DNA of 64,000 bases from Nitrospirota bacterium (GCA_049325335.1 JBMOMC010000045.1:82032-146031), one strand, 5' to 3'. Positions 10,045 through 20,862 are shown, counted from the stretch's first letter. The notes: generated by a model not told the origin, from the letters alone. Program-made: numbers and translations.

Positions 10045-11160
10045 TCAGACGTTGAAGCGGAAGTAGATCACGTCGCCGTCTTTTACAATGTACTCCTTGC
10101 CTTCCAGGCGCAGAAGGCCTTTCTCTTTGACGGCGGCGGTGGATTTGAGGGCGAGGAGGTCGGGGCAAGACATGACCTCGGCGCGGATGAAACCTTTTTC
10201 AATGTCGGAGTGAATCTTACCCGCGGCGGCAGGAGCCTTGGTGCCGGCGGTGACGGTCCAGGCGCGACACTCATCTTCGCCCGAGGTGAAAAAGGTGATT
10301 AGACCAAGCAGGCCGTAGGCGGCATGGGCCAAGCGGTCCAGGCCGGATTCTTTGAGGCCAAGACCCGCGAGAAAGTCGGGACGATCCGCTTCGGGCAGTG
10401 CGGCGATTTCTTCTTCCACCTTGCCGCTAATCACCACCAACGGCGCGCCTTCGCGCGCGGCCAAGCGGCGCAAGGGCGCGACCAGCGAGTTGGGTGGTTC
10501 ACCAGAGGTTTCCGCGGCCACGTCGGCCTCGGCCACGTTCGCCACGTAGAGCAAGGGTTTGCCGGTTAACAAGCGCAGGTCTTTGAGGATCGGCTCATCT
10601 TCGTCCGTGGCCGGGAAGCTGCGCGCGGGTTTGCCTTCGCCCAGGTGTTTGACCACGCGCGCCATGAGTTCGGCTTCGTGGCGTGCGGTCTTGTCCGCGG
10701 TCTTGGTCTTTTTCTCCGCGGTTTGTTTACGCCGCTCGGCCGTGTCCAGGTCAGCCAGGATTAGTTCGGTGGTAATGATCTCCACGTCGCGGTCCGGGTC
10801 CACTTTGCCGGCCACGTGGACCACGTCGGGATCTTCGAAACCGCGGACCACGTGGACGATGGCATCCACTTCGCGGATATGGCTCAGAAACTTATTGCCC
10901 AACCCTTCGCCCTGGCTTGCGCCTTTGACCAGGCCCGCAATGTCCACGAACTCCACGGTGGCGGGCGTCGTCTTTTTGGGCTTATAGAGCGCGGAGAGTG
11001 CGGTCAGCCTCGCATCCGGCACCTGCACAATGCCCACGTTGGGATCGATGGTGCAGAACGGATAGTTGGCCACGGCCGCGGCCTTCGCCGCGGTCAGCGC
11101 GTTGAACAAGGTGGACTTGCCGACGTTCGGCAGCCCCACGATTCCACAATTCAATGACAT
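10045..11160 (-). CDS. ychF: Redox-regulated ATPase YchF
   Basis: Motifs GIVGLPNVGKST, NYPFCTIDPN, DIAGLVKGAS and C-terminal YFRFNV. Confidence 0.98.
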   Translation of the reverse strand: MSLNCGIVGLPNVGKSTLFNALTAAKAAAVANYPFCTIDPNVGIVQVPDARLTALSALYKPKKTTPATVEFVDIAGLVKGASQGEGLGNKFLSHIREVDAIVHVVRGFEDPDVVHVAGKVDPDRDVEIITTELILADLDTAERRKQTAEKKTKTADKTARHEAELMARVVKHLGEGKPARSFPATDEDEPILKDLRLLTGKPLLYVANVAEADVAAETSGEPPNSLVAPLRRLAAREGAPLVVISGKVEEEIAALPEADRPDFLAGLGLKESGLDRLAHAAYGLLGLITFFTSGEDECRAWTVTAGTKAPAAAGKIHSDIEKGFIRAEVMSCPDLLALKSTAAVKEKGLLRLEGKEYIVKDGDVIYFRFNV

Positions 11161-11194
11161 GCTGTTCTTTTCTTTTTAGGAGGACGCGCCTCAC

Positions 11195-11317
11195 CTGGCC
11201 GCGGAGAAGGTGGCAGTGCAAGGCGGAGGGGAGGCCTCGCGCCGCAGCGTACTGTACGTACGTGAGGACGCGAGGCCTCCCCGACAACGCCGCAGATGCC
11301 GCCTTCTCGGCGGCCAG
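11195..11317. repeat. Long imperfect inverted repeat (MITE-like), copy 1
   Basis: Outer arms CTGGCCGCGGAGAAGGTGGCA / TGCCGCCTTCTCGGCGGCCAG; inner arms GGGGAGGCCTCGCG / CGCGAGGCCTCCCC; shares AGGCGGAGGG and CCGACAACGCCGCAGATG with 31397-31541. Confidence 0.75.
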
Positions 11318-11319
11318 AC

Positions 11320-13365
11320 TCACACGATCAGCGGTACAACCAACAGAGCGACGATGTTAATGATCTTGATCATCGGATTTACCGCCGGCCCCGCCGTATC
11401 CTTATACGGATCGCCGATGGTATCCCCGGTGACCGCGGCCTTGTGCGCGTCGCTGCCCTTACCGCCGTGATGACCTTCTTCGATGTACTTCTTCGCGTTG
11501 TCCCACGCCCCGCCGCCGCTGGTCATGGAGATGGCCACGAACAGGCCGGTCACGATACACCCCACCACCACGCCGCCCAGGGCCTTCGGGCCCAGAACCA
11601 CACCCACCACGATCGGCGTGAGCACGGGGATCAACCCCGGGATCATCATCTCTTTGATCGCGCGACGGGTCACGATATCCACGGCGTTACCGTAGTGCGG
11701 CTTGGCCGTGCCTTCCATGATGCCCTTGATCTCGCGGAACTGCCGCCGGACTTCCTCGACCACCATGCTGGCGGCCTTGCCCACGGCTTCCATCGACATG
11801 GCCGAAAACAGGTACGGCAGGAGGCCGCCGATGAAGAGCCCCACCAGGACATACGGATCGCTGAGCGTAAATTCCATGACCTGGCCGCCCGTGCGGATCG
11901 AAATTTCTTCGGTATACGCAGCGAACAGCACCACCGCCGCAAGCCCCGCGGACCCGATGGCATACCCCTTGGTCACGGCCTTGGTGGTGTTCCCCACCGC
12001 GTCCAACGGATCGGTCACGTTGCGCACCGACTTGTCCAGGCCCGCCATTTCCGCGATGCCGCCGCCGTTGTCCGTGATCGGGCCGTACGCGTCCAGGGCC
12101 ACGACGATGCCGGCCATGGAGAGCATGGACACCGCGGCGATGGCCACGCCGTAGATGCCCGCCAGCTCGTATGAGGCCAACACGCCCGCGCCGATTACCA
12201 GCACCGGCAGCGCGGTGGACTTCATGCCAACCGCCAACCCCGCGATCACGTTGGTGGCGTGTCCGGTGGTGGACGCCTGCGCGATGTCCCGCACCGGCTT
12301 GTACTCGGTAGACGTGTAGTATTCGGTGATCATCACCAACAACGCGGTCACCGCCAAGCCGACCAACGAGGAGAGATAGATGTCCATCACGCTGGGTCCG
12401 CCGGTGCCGCTCATCATCCAGGAGGTCACCGGGTAAAACGCCGCCGCTGAGATCAGCGCGCTCCAGATCAGGCCCTTGTACAACGCGCCCATGATGTTGT
12501 TGTTCGAGCCCAGCCGAACGAAAAACGTCCCGATAATGGACGCGATGATCGAAATGCCGCCGAGCACCAACGGATACACCAGCGCCGTGTTCACCGCCGA
12601 ACCCGTGAACGCCAGCGCGCCCAGCAACATGGCGGAGATGATGGTCACCGCATAGGTCTCGAACAGATCAGCGGCCATGCCCGCGCAATCGCCCACGTTG
12701 TCGCCCACGTTGTCCGCGATCACGGCCGGGTTGCGCGGATCGTCTTCCGGGATCCCGGCTTCGACCTTGCCCACCAGATCCGCGCCCACGTCCGCGGCCT
12801 TGGTGAAGATCCCGCCGCCCAAGCGCGCAAAGATGCTGATCAGGCTCCCGCCGAATCCGAGGCCCACCAACGGGGTGATGTTCACGGCCTGGCCTTCGGG
12901 CGTGGTCGCCTGCAGGAACCAGTAGTAACCCGCCACTCCCAGGAGGCCGAGACCGACCACCAGCAGGCCGGTAACCGCGCCGCCGCGAAACGCCACGTTG
13001 AACGCCGCGGCCAGCCCGCCGCGCGCGGCTTCCGCGGTGCGCACGTTGGCGCGGACCGACACGTGCATGCCCACGTATCCGGCCAACCCCGAGAGCACCG
13101 CGCCGATCGCGAAGCCCACCGCAGTTTTCCAATCCAACGCGACCAGCAACGCCACGAACAACACCGCGCCGACCATGGCGATGGTGGTGTATTGCCGGTT
13201 CAGGTACGCCATCGCGCCCTCTTGGATCGCGCGCGCGATGTCCTGCATGCGCGTATTGCCCGCGGACAGCCCCACGACCCACTTCGCGCTCACCGCGCCG
13301 TAGACGATCGCCGCCGCGGCGCACGCCAGGGCGAACACCATCGCCAGTTGCTCCATTGCCATCAC
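11320..13365 (-). CDS. hppA: Membrane H+-translocating pyrophosphatase, K+-independent type
   Basis: Motifs [20 protein letters not shown] and [16 protein letters not shown] has Lys at the K+-independence position. Confidence 0.95.
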   Translation of the reverse strand: MMAMEQLAMVFALACAAAAIVYGAVSAKWVVGLSAGNTRMQDIARAIQEGAMAYLNRQYTTIAMVGAVLFVALLVALDWKTAVGFAIGAVLSGLAGYVGMHVSVRANVRTAEAARGGLAAAFNVAFRGGAVTGLLVVGLGLLGVAGYYWFLQATTPEGQAVNITPLVGLGFGGSLISIFARLGGGIFTKAADVGADLVGKVEAGIPEDDPRNPAVIADNVGDNVGDCAGMAADLFETYAVTIISAMLLGALAFTGSAVNTALVYPLVLGGISIIASIIGTFFVRLGSNNNIMGALYKGLIWSALISAAAFYPVTSWMMSGTGGPSVMDIYLSSLVGLAVTALLVMITEYYTSTEYKPVRDIAQASTTGHATNVIAGLAVGMKSTALPVLVIGAGVLASYELAGIYGVAIAAVSMLSMAGIVVALDAYGPITDNGGGIAEMAGLDKSVRNVTDPLDAVGNTTKAVTKGYAIGSAGLAAVVLFAAYTEEISIRTGGQVMEFTLSDPYVLVGLFIGGLLPYLFSAMSMEAVGKAASMVVEEVRRQFREIKGIMEGTAKPHYGNAVDIVTRRAIKEMMIPGLIPVLTPIVVGVVLGPKALGGVVVGCIVTGLFVAISMTSGGGAWDNAKKYIEEGHHGGKGSDAHKAAVTGDTIGDPYKDTAGPAVNPMIKIINIVALLVVPLIV

Positions 13366-13471
13366 TGCGCTCCTTCTCGGTATGGAATGCTCGTCGTGTC
13401 GAGCCGACGCGCGGTGCCCGCCGCGCGCTCGATCACGTCACAAAAAACGCGACCGTGGTCGCGTCCCCTCG

Positions 13472-14053
13472 TTACTCGCCCGTTCCGGAACCTTCGGCGT
13501 GAAAGCGATTCATCGCGACGCCCGCGCCGTCGGTCAACGCCACGGTCACGGCCTCGCGCGCCCGCTCGACCACCCCCGCAACCACCGGCTCCTCATCGCG
13601 GGAAAACCGCTCCAACACGTAGTCGGCGCTCTCTGAACCGGCCGACGGCCGGCCGATGCCCACCTTCAATCGCAAAAACTCGTTGGTGCCCAGCGCCTCG
13701 ATGATCGACCGGACCCCATTGTGTCCGCCGTGTCCGCCCCGACGCTTAAACCGCAACTGACCCAACGGCAGATCCAAATCATCGTGCACAACCAACAAGG
13801 CGTCCGGCCCCGCGCCGGTCTCGTTCAAGAGCCAGCGGACGGCCGCCCCGCTGCGATTCATATACCCCTGGGGCTCGGCGATCCAGACCTCCTCACCCGC
13901 CAACACTCCGCGTCCCGCGACCGCCGGTCCGCCCATCGAACGCAGCCGAATCGCGCAGGCGGCGGCCACCGCCTCGGCCACGAGAAACCCCACGTTGTGG
14001 CGGGTGGCGGCGTATTGCTCGCCGGGATTTCCCAACCCAACCACGCACTTCAC
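13472..14053 (-). CDS. pth: Peptidyl-tRNA hydrolase
   Basis: Motifs VGLGNPG, TRHNVGF, HDDLDL and GGHNG. Confidence 0.97.
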   Translation of the reverse strand: MKCVVGLGNPGEQYAATRHNVGFLVAEAVAAACAIRLRSMGGPAVAGRGVLAGEEVWIAEPQGYMNRSGAAVRWLLNETGAGPDALLVVHDDLDLPLGQLRFKRRGGHGGHNGVRSIIEALGTNEFLRLKVGIGRPSAGSESADYVLERFSRDEEPVVAGVVERAREAVTVALTDGAGVAMNRFHAEGSGTGE

Positions 14054-14059
14054 GGACCG

Positions 14060-14785
14060 TTACTTCTTGCCTTCCTTTTTCTCTTCCTTGCCCTTGGCCT
14101 CGACCTTGGCTTCCGGCTTGGCGCCCGTCGCGGCTTCGCCCTCGACCTTCTTCGCGGTCAACACTTCGGGCTCTTTGACTTCCTTGGGCGCTCCGGCCAA
14201 AATTTCGGCCAGTTTTTCTTCCGACATCGGCATGGTCACGGAGACAATCACCGTGTCGGGATCACCCAGCACTCGAATGCCTTCACCCAACCGCAAGTCC
14301 CGCAGATGCACGCTGTCGCCGGTCTTTAACTGCGACGCGTCCACACGCACCGCGTCAGGAATCAACGAGGGCAGGCATTCGATTTCGACCTCGCGCGTCC
14401 CGTGCTGGAGCACGCCGCCTTCCTTGACCCCCAACGGCGTCCCGCCCGTGATCTCCACGTGCACCCGCAACCGCAGCGCGCGATCCAGCGCCACTTCGAA
14501 CAAATCAATGTGCAGGGGTTTGCCGGTGATCGGATCGTGTTGTACCTCGCGCAGGACCGCCAGCCGTTCCTTGTCCCGCTTCCCGTCGATGCGAATGTCG
14601 ATCAAGGTGTTTTCGCGCGCGGCCGAGTGCAGCAACTTCGACAGGTCCGCCGGATTGAGACTCAACTTGGTGGACTGCCCCCCGCTGTACAACACGGCCG
14701 GAATCCGTCCGACTCGCCGGAGGCTCCGCGCCACGCCTTTACCCGCTGTGGTTCGTTGTTCAACCGCCAATTCGACACGCTGCAT
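14060..14785 (-). CDS. rplY: 50S ribosomal protein L25 (Ctc form)
   Basis: Motifs GKGVARSLRR, IPAVLY and GVKEGG; sits between prs and pth. Confidence 0.96.
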   Translation of the reverse strand: MQRVELAVEQRTTAGKGVARSLRRVGRIPAVLYSGGQSTKLSLNPADLSKLLHSAARENTLIDIRIDGKRDKERLAVLREVQHDPITGKPLHIDLFEVALDRALRLRVHVEITGGTPLGVKEGGVLQHGTREVEIECLPSLIPDAVRVDASQLKTGDSVHLRDLRLGEGIRVLGDPDTVIVSVTMPMSEEKLAEILAGAPKEVKEPEVLTAKKVEGEAATGAKPEAKVEAKGKEEKKEGKK

Positions 14786-14809
14786 GTGCTGCTCCTTCCT
14801 TTCAGACTG

Positions 14810-15748
14810 TCACACAAACAGAGAACTGACCGATTCTTCCTCATGGATCCGCTTGATCGCCTCGCCCAACAACGGCGCCACGGTCAACGATACGAGTTTG
14901 CGACAGGCTTCTTCCTTGCCGTTGAGTGGCACGGTGTTGGTCACGACCAGGGTATCGATGGGCGAAGCGGTGATGCGATCGAGCGCGGGGCCCGACAAGA
15001 CGGGATGCGTGCAGCCGGCCATGATGGCGCGCGCGCCCTTGTCCCGCAACGCCTGCGCGCCTTGCGTAATGGTGCCGGCGGTATCGATCATGTCGTCGAG
15101 CAACAACACGTTGCGGCCGGAGACCTCGCCGATGATGTTCATCAATTTGGTTTGATTCGGGCCCTCGCGCCGTTTGTCGATGATCGCCAGGTTGGCTTTG
15201 AGCCGCTTGGCGAACGCGCGCGCGCGCTCCACCCCGCCCGCGTCCGGCGAGACCACCACCAAGTCTTCGGGTTCCGCCTGCCGGAAGTGCTCCAACAACA
15301 CGGGCGTGGCGTAGAGATGATCCACCGGGATGTTGAAGAAACCCTGGATCTGCCCGGCGTGCAGGTCAATGGTCAACACGCGGTGCGCGCCCGCGGTGGC
15401 GATCAGGTCGGCGACCAGTTTGGCCGTGATCGGCACCCGCGGCTGGTCTTTGCGGTCCTGGCGAGCGTAGCCGTAGTAGGGCAGCACCGCGGTGATCCGG
15501 TACGCGGACGCGCGTTTGAGCGCGTCCAGCATAATCAACAATTCCATGATGTGTTTGTTCACCGGGTCCGACGCGGATTGCAGGAGGAAGACGTCCATCC
15601 CCCGCACGTTTTCCTCGACGCGCACCAAAATTTCCCCGTCGCTGAAATGGCCGACCGTGGCCTCCCCCAGCGGGATGCCGAGGTACTCGCAGATTTCCTG
15701 CGCCAACGCGGGGTTGGAGTTCCCCGTGAACAGTTTCAATTCTCTCAT
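14810..15748 (-). CDS. prs: Ribose-phosphate pyrophosphokinase
   Basis: Motifs [21 protein letters not shown] and DDMIDTAGT. Confidence 0.98.
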   Translation of the reverse strand: MRELKLFTGNSNPALAQEICEYLGIPLGEATVGHFSDGEILVRVEENVRGMDVFLLQSASDPVNKHIMELLIMLDALKRASAYRITAVLPYYGYARQDRKDQPRVPITAKLVADLIATAGAHRVLTIDLHAGQIQGFFNIPVDHLYATPVLLEHFRQAEPEDLVVVSPDAGGVERARAFAKRLKANLAIIDKRREGPNQTKLMNIIGEVSGRNVLLLDDMIDTAGTITQGAQALRDKGARAIMAGCTHPVLSGPALDRITASPIDTLVVTNTVPLNGKEEACRKLVSLTVAPLLGEAIKRIHEEESVSSLFV

Positions 15749-15785
15749 CGCGTCACCACGTCATGTCACCCGCGCTCAATCACAA

Positions 15786-15860
15786 TGGTTGGGGCGCCAG
15801 GATTCGAACCTGGGAATGGGAGATCCAAAGTCTCCTGACTTACCGCTTGTCGACGCCCCA
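15786..15860 (-). tRNA. tRNA-Gln (UUG)
   Basis: TGGGGCG...GGAGA-CTTTGGA-TCTCC...GGTTCGAATCC...CGCCCCA-ACCA, in the classic position between ispE and prs. Confidence 0.97.
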
Positions 15861-15881
15861 CCATTCGACTCGGCGCCCGCG

Positions 15882-16745
15882 TTACCACGGTGCGCGCCTC
15901 AGCAGTCGCACCACCCATCGCCGCCACGAGGGCGACAGATCCTGACACGCCTCGGCCGCCTCCGCGCGGGTCGCGAACAGCCCGAACACCGTCGGCCCGC
16001 TCCCCGACATGCGCGCCGCGCGCGCCCCGGATTTCAGCAGGCGGGCCTTCATCTCCTCCACGACCGGGTATGTTGCGGCGGTGACCCGTTCCAAATCATT
16101 CGGGATCGACCACGGCACGGCGGGAGGGGCCTCAAACGAACGTGGCATTCTATCGACCCCCCTACCGTTTGTCAATCCAAACGCCTCGAACGCCCATTTG
16201 GTGGACACGGTGATCCCCGGGTTCACCAGCACCGCCCACGGGAACACCGGTCCGGACAAGGATGGCCGCGCCTCGGGCAGGGGCGCGACCCGCTCCCCGC
16301 GCCCGGTGACCCACGCCGTGGGGCCGAAGAAAAAAAACGGCACGTCGCTGCCCAGCGTCGCGCCCAACTCGGCCAGACGAGCACGCGACCAGCCCAGGCC
16401 CCAGACGCGATTGAGCCCCATCAGCACCGCGGCCGCGTCGCTGCTGCCGCCCCCGAGTCCCGCGCCGAGCGGGATCCGCTTGGTCAGGTGGATCGACGCC
16501 CCGCGCGAGCCGCCCGCCTCCCGCGCCAACGCCGCGGCCGCCTCGTACGCCAAATTCCCGGGCCCGGCCGGCAACGGCGCGCCTTCAACGGTCAGAACGA
16601 TCCCGGAGCGGCGCGGCCGGATGGTTACGTCGTCGTACAAGCCCGCCATCTGGAACACGGACTCCAGGTCGTGGTACCCGTCGGGCCGCCGCCCGAGCAC
16701 GCGCAGGCACAGATTGATCTTGGCCGGCGCGCGCCACGTCCTCAT
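15882..16745 (-). CDS. ispE: 4-diphosphocytidyl-2-C-methyl-D-erythritol kinase
   Basis: Motifs APAKINL, RPDGYHDL, GAGLGGGSSDAA and MSGSG; start reassigned to ATG 16745. Confidence 0.96.
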   Translation of the reverse strand: MRTWRAPAKINLCLRVLGRRPDGYHDLESVFQMAGLYDDVTIRPRRSGIVLTVEGAPLPAGPGNLAYEAAAALAREAGGSRGASIHLTKRIPLGAGLGGGSSDAAAVLMGLNRVWGLGWSRARLAELGATLGSDVPFFFFGPTAWVTGRGERVAPLPEARPSLSGPVFPWAVLVNPGITVSTKWAFEAFGLTNGRGVDRMPRSFEAPPAVPWSIPNDLERVTAATYPVVEEMKARLLKSGARAARMSGSGPTVFGLFATRAEAAEACQDLSPSWRRWVVRLLRRAPW

Positions 16746-17005
16746 CACGCGCCCCCCACCACCTTGGACAAGGACAGGAGGACCCGAATCACCAATGGCA
16801 AGAGCGCCAGCCCGATGCCCACCGCCACGAACACCCGGCGCAACCGCGTTTGTCGCCCCATCCACGCCGCGAGCCGCTCGCGATCCGCGTGCCGATCCGA
16901 CGGCCGCGGCCCCAGCATCCGGTCGTACAGCCACCGCAACGGGAAAAAGAGAATGGAAAAGTAGATCAACCACACGCCGATCGAAATCAGTAAGTCCCCG
17001 ATCAT
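16745..17005 (-). CDS. Small 2-TM membrane protein (86 aa)
   Basis: GGGGAG RBS; two hydrophobic helices; TGATG overlap with ispE. Confidence 0.65.
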   Translation of the reverse strand: MIGDLLISIGVWLIYFSILFFPLRWLYDRMLGPRPSDRHADRERLAAWMGRQTRLRRVFVAVGIGLALLPLVIRVLLSLSKVVGGA

Positions 17006-17196
17006 GCCGCGCTCCCCAGAGGCGCCTACGATAGCGCAGCGACCGGGAAAGACGCAACGCGCTTGAGTCGGACGCGCGCGGACTGCTACAGTGGGAGCGG
17101 CTCGTCGCCTACTCCGAACGGCACGCGCGACGGAGCGACGCGAACGCGGCGATCTCACGGGAACCGACACAACCGAATCGTTTCGGAGGACCGGCC

Positions 17197-17814
17197 ATGT
17201 CAGACATCTATCACCACGAGCACCACCAACTCCAGGAACGCTTCGACACGGTGAGGCTCGCCCAAAAGATGGAAAGCGACCTCGTCCAGGACTACATCAC
17301 GGACGAAGACAAGGCGTTTATCGAAGGGATGGACATGTTCTTCCTCGCCACCGCAGACCAGCGCGGCCGCGTCAACTGTTCCTACCGCGGCGGCGATCCG
17401 GGATTCGTGCGCGTGGTGGACGAACGGACCATCGCGTTCCCCAATTACGACGGCAACGGCATGTATCTTTCGATGGGCAACGTGGCGCAGACTGCGGAGG
17501 TGGGCCTATTGTTCATCGACTTCGAGCAGCAATCGCGGATGCGACTCAACGGCACGGCCGCGATCCGCTACGATGATCCGTTGCTCGGGGAGTACCCGGA
17601 AGCGCAGTTTATCGTCCGCGTCACGGTCCGCGAACTCTTCACCAACTGCCGGCGGTACATCCACAAGATGCAGCGCGTGGCGCGCTCGCGGTTCGTGCCC
17701 AAAGCCGGATGCAAGACGCCGGTGCCGGGGTGGAAGACCGGAGCCTGGGTCAAAGATGCGTTACCAGCGAACGATCCGGCAAGGGATCCGTCCCGAGAAG
17801 CATTGGATCGCTGA
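17197..17814 (+). CDS. Pyridoxamine 5'-phosphate oxidase-like FMN-binding protein
   Basis: Motifs FFLATAD, CSYRGGDPGFVRV, FPNYDGNGM and NCRRYIH. Confidence 0.9.
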   Translation: MSDIYHHEHHQLQERFDTVRLAQKMESDLVQDYITDEDKAFIEGMDMFFLATADQRGRVNCSYRGGDPGFVRVVDERTIAFPNYDGNGMYLSMGNVAQTAEVGLLFIDFEQQSRMRLNGTAAIRYDDPLLGEYPEAQFIVRVTVRELFTNCRRYIHKMQRVARSRFVPKAGCKTPVPGWKTGAWVKDALPANDPARDPSREALDR

Positions 17815-17845
17815 GCGCACCGGGTGGATGCGGCGCGTGTGCGCC

Positions 17846-17861
17846 GGGCTCAGCCCTGCCG
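17846..17861. repeat. 16-bp direct repeat, left copy
   Basis: GGGCTCAGCCCTGCCG, identical to 19097-19112. Confidence 0.7.
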
Positions 17862-17952
17862 ACACGACCGACATATTAGGGAGCCAAGTCGAACCATGCC
17901 ACCAAATCCGCAACGGCCCCTCAGGCGCGTCCGCTCAAGCGTCCCTTGCGCT

Positions 17953-18765
17953 TTAAGGCTTGATCCAGATGGTGGTATTCATCGTCCTCTCTGGTGTGAT
18001 CAGTTTCACTGAGTACTCTCCGACCGGTAATGCCTCAAGTGTGACCCGCCCAACGCGGGAAAGCATTACCATGAGGCAGAACACCCCAGGCGGGTGAGGA
18101 TTGACTGGTTCGAGTTCCACGACGATCTGAAAGCCTTCGACTCGAACGTTACCTCCCAGAATGTCACATGAATTTGTCGTTCCTATTCTCTCCGTGATTA
18201 CCAGCGTACTTCCGAGTACCTGAAAACTCGGGAGGGGTCCGCTATCCCGGTAGGATGCGGTGATATCTTCAATGGCAGACGTAATGGGTGGCACGTGGGT
18301 GGTGAAGCTCCAAACATATTCTGCCCCCAAATTATTTCCAGCCAGATCCCGCACCCCATCCGTAACCCTACAGGTGTACGTGGTTCCAGGCGCCAATTTT
18401 CCCGCTGGACTGAATGTAGCTGTCGTAATGGGTTTTGAACTCGGATCCACCGACGTACCGACTGACAGCACTCCGTCGATACTATGGTTGTCCGCTGATA
18501 CCATGAACGATTCGCTCGTTAACGTCGAGGAATCTATCAGCTCGGAAAACCTGACATGGATCGAGTCCGAAATCGGCACCCCGGCGGCTCCGATAGCTGG
18601 AGTGGTGTTTGCAATGGCGGGTGGCTCGGAGTCGATGACCCCCTGATTGGAATCGTTGGCCGCTTCATCAGACGCGCAGCCGACCAATACACTACCTGTG
18701 ATCGTGACCATCGCGATCACCCTCAGATCGGGTATCCACCGTCTCGCTCGTAGGAACCATTTCAC
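17953..18765 (-). CDS. Lipoprotein with a bacterial Ig-like (Big_5-like) domain
   Basis: AAGGAG plus GTG at 18765; lipobox VLVGC; motifs VRFSELID, LAPGTTY and VRDLAGNNL...WSFTT; AT-richer than its flanks. Confidence 0.8.
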   Translation of the reverse strand: MKWFLRARRWIPDLRVIAMVTITGSVLVGCASDEAANDSNQGVIDSEPPAIANTTPAIGAAGVPISDSIHVRFSELIDSSTLTSESFMVSADNHSIDGVLSVGTSVDPSSKPITTATFSPAGKLAPGTTYTCRVTDGVRDLAGNNLGAEYVWSFTTHVPPITSAIEDITASYRDSGPLPSFQVLGSTLVITERIGTTNSCDILGGNVRVEGFQIVVELEPVNPHPPGVFCLMVMLSRVGRVTLEALPVGEYSVKLITPERTMNTTIWIKP

Positions 18766-19096
18766 GGGCGGCAGCTCCTTTTGGTGAGCGTGTACCGCGA
18801 TCCTGCCTCGAAGAGAATGCACTCAAATCGCGCCATACAGGTGAGGGCGATCGATATTGGTAACGGTATGCTATCCGGACTCGACGCAGCGGGTCAAGGC
18901 TTGCGTCACTTGGCCAAACTGCGCTTGGTGCGCGCGGTCGGCACCGCGGTCCAGGGGACAACATTGGGGACGCTCCTTTTATGATTTGATGGACCAATAG
19001 CAGAAGCAATGAGGCATGAGTATTGTCTGGTTCGTCCGTCGACTGTCGTTCAATAGTGAATACCCATGCCTCACTCCATCTGCCATCTGATCCGAG

Positions 19097-19112
19097 GGGC
19101 TCAGCCCTGCCG
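19097..19112. repeat. 16-bp direct repeat, right copy
   Basis: GGGCTCAGCCCTGCCG spanning the stop codon of the GGDEF gene. Confidence 0.7.
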
Positions 19113-20018
19113 GCGGTCCACCACGTATTGATTGCCGCCGGCTTTCTTGGCGAAGGTCTTTAACTCGGCGGCGGCCGCGGCCACCTTGCCGTAGTGCGCG
19201 ATCGCGGCCACCGGGATAACCGCGATCACGAGGCTGACGAGCGGAATCTTTTTGACCTGGCCGCCCCGGTCCTTGGCGACGTAGTATCCGTTGGCGCGCG
19301 TCTCGTCGTCGAACAGGCCGGCCGCGACCCGTGTAAAATTGCCGATGATGGTTTTGCACGCGGCGTCCACCTTCTCCATGGCCACGATGAACACGAAATC
19401 ATCGCCCCCGACGTGCCCGGCAAACCCCGCCTCTCCGGCTTCGGTCACCGCGTTGGCCATGATACGCGCTACCATTCGGATCACTTCGTCGCCGCGCACG
19501 AATCCGAACGCGTCGTTAAAGGGCTTGAAGTCGTTGATGTCGAGATAACACACCGCCACGGGTTTCCCGAGCGCGCGCTCCACCGCGCGTTGGATCGAGA
19601 TGTTGCCCGGCAGTTTGGTCAGCGGGTTGTTGTCGAACACGCGCTGAATGCGCTGCATGGCCAACCCCAGTCGGTTGAACAGTTCGGGGTACACAACGGG
19701 ATCGGACACAAAATCGTCCACCGGGCACCGCGCCCATTCCACATCGTCGTGGAGCGACTCGTGCCAGATGCCGAGCACGGGAATGGTGGAAAAATTGGCG
19801 TCCTCTTTGAGGTCGCAGACCAACTTGCGGGCCGGCGCGTCGTCCGTCGGGAGGTCCACGATCACCACGTCGGGAGGATCGGTGTACAACTGGCCGAGCA
19901 CCGCCGCGTGCGGTGACAATCCAATGGTCTGATACCCGCGGCTGTGCAGGCGCAGGCGTAAATCCTCGGTGGCGCCGGGGGCCTGGGCGACGACCGCGAC
20001 TCTAAGCGGCCGCGTCAT
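19101..20018 (-). CDS. Atypical REC + GGDEF diguanylate cyclase
   Basis: Motifs NPLTKLPGN, YLDINDFKPFNDAFG and GHVGGDDF; N-terminal receiver-like DVVIVD. Confidence 0.9.
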   Translation of the reverse strand: MTRPLRVAVVAQAPGATEDLRLRLHSRGYQTIGLSPHAAVLGQLYTDPPDVVIVDLPTDDAPARKLVCDLKEDANFSTIPVLGIWHESLHDDVEWARCPVDDFVSDPVVYPELFNRLGLAMQRIQRVFDNNPLTKLPGNISIQRAVERALGKPVAVCYLDINDFKPFNDAFGFVRGDEVIRMVARIMANAVTEAGEAGFAGHVGGDDFVFIVAMEKVDAACKTIIGNFTRVAAGLFDDETRANGYYVAKDRGGQVKKIPLVSLVIAVIPVAAIAHYGKVAAAAAELKTFAKKAGGNQYVVDRRQG

Positions 20019-20862
20019 CGGCGGACTGGATCTCGAGGCTGAAGTGCTTGGCGTCCACCAGGCGTCCCTCCGCCTCGTCGAGCACTTCGTTGAGCAAGAC
20101 GTCGGACAGCCCCAAGGTCTTCCACGCGTGCGGATGGATGCGCGGCACGAAGTCGTCGCCGGAAAACCCGAACCCGAACGCCTTGATCAACGCGTCCGAT
20201 ACGTGGACCACGGCGGTGCGGGTGCGGTGCGTGACGGACCGCTCCACGTCATGGTGGCATGCGATGGGCTCGGCCAACTTCTCCGGCAAGAACCAGTTCT
20301 TGGCCAGCCATTCGCCGACCTCGGCATGGTCGGTGGACAGGCGCGCGCGTTCCGCATCCAGCATCGACGAGGGCCCTTGGGCCACGGTCGCTTCCAACTC
20401 GGCGTAGCGATCTTCGAGATGGAGCTTGACCAACACCCGTCCCAGGTCGTGCAATAACGCGGCGGTGGAGATCTCCTCGGGCTCCGGCAACCCCATTTTT
20501 TTGGCGATCACGTTCGCGACCACCGCGGCGCCCATGGAATGTTCCCACAACCCCACGACGTGGCGCTCCATGATTTCAAAAATCGACGAACTCAGCACCA
20601 ACCCTTTGACCACGTTGGCACCCAGCAGGATCAACGCGTTGGACACCGTGGACACGCGGCCGGGAAACCCGTAGAACGGCGAATTCACCAGGCGAAGGAC
20701 CTTGGCCGAAAGCACCTGATCGGCCGAGACCACGCGGGCCATTTCATTGACCGAGGCCTTCTCGTCGTTGGCCAACGTGTTGAGTTTGGCCAGAATCCCG
20801 GGCAAGGTTGGCATGGTGCGGATGCCGTTGACGAACAATTGGAGTTCGTTGCGCGCGGTCAC
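20002..20862 (-). CDS. HDOD domain protein
   Basis: Motifs MPTLP, LVNSPFYG, LWEHS, LLHDLG and DHAEVG...W.LP...CHH. Confidence 0.92.
   Translation of the reverse strand: MTARNELQLFVNGIRTMPTLPGILAKLNTLANDEKASVNEMARVVSADQVLSAKVLRLVNSPFYGFPGRVSTVSNALILLGANVVKGLVLSSSIFEIMERHVVGLWEHSMGAAVVANVIAKKMGLPEPEEISTAALLHDLGRVLVKLHLEDRYAELEATVAQGPSSMLDAERARLSTDHAEVGEWLAKNWFLPEKLAEPIACHHDVERSVTHRTRTAVVHVSDALIKAFGFGFSGDDFVPRIHPHAWKTLGLSDVLLNEVLDEAEGRLVDAKHFSLEIQSADDAAA

Noticed and set aside
18895..18975. c-di-GMP-I riboswitch-like fragments near the lipoprotein gene
   Set aside because: Lacks the GNRA tetraloop/receptor and the correct order of motifs.
19101..20018. Hypr-type (cGAMP-forming) GGDEF enzyme
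   Set aside because: It keeps Asp in FGFVRGD, where Hypr enzymes have Ser.
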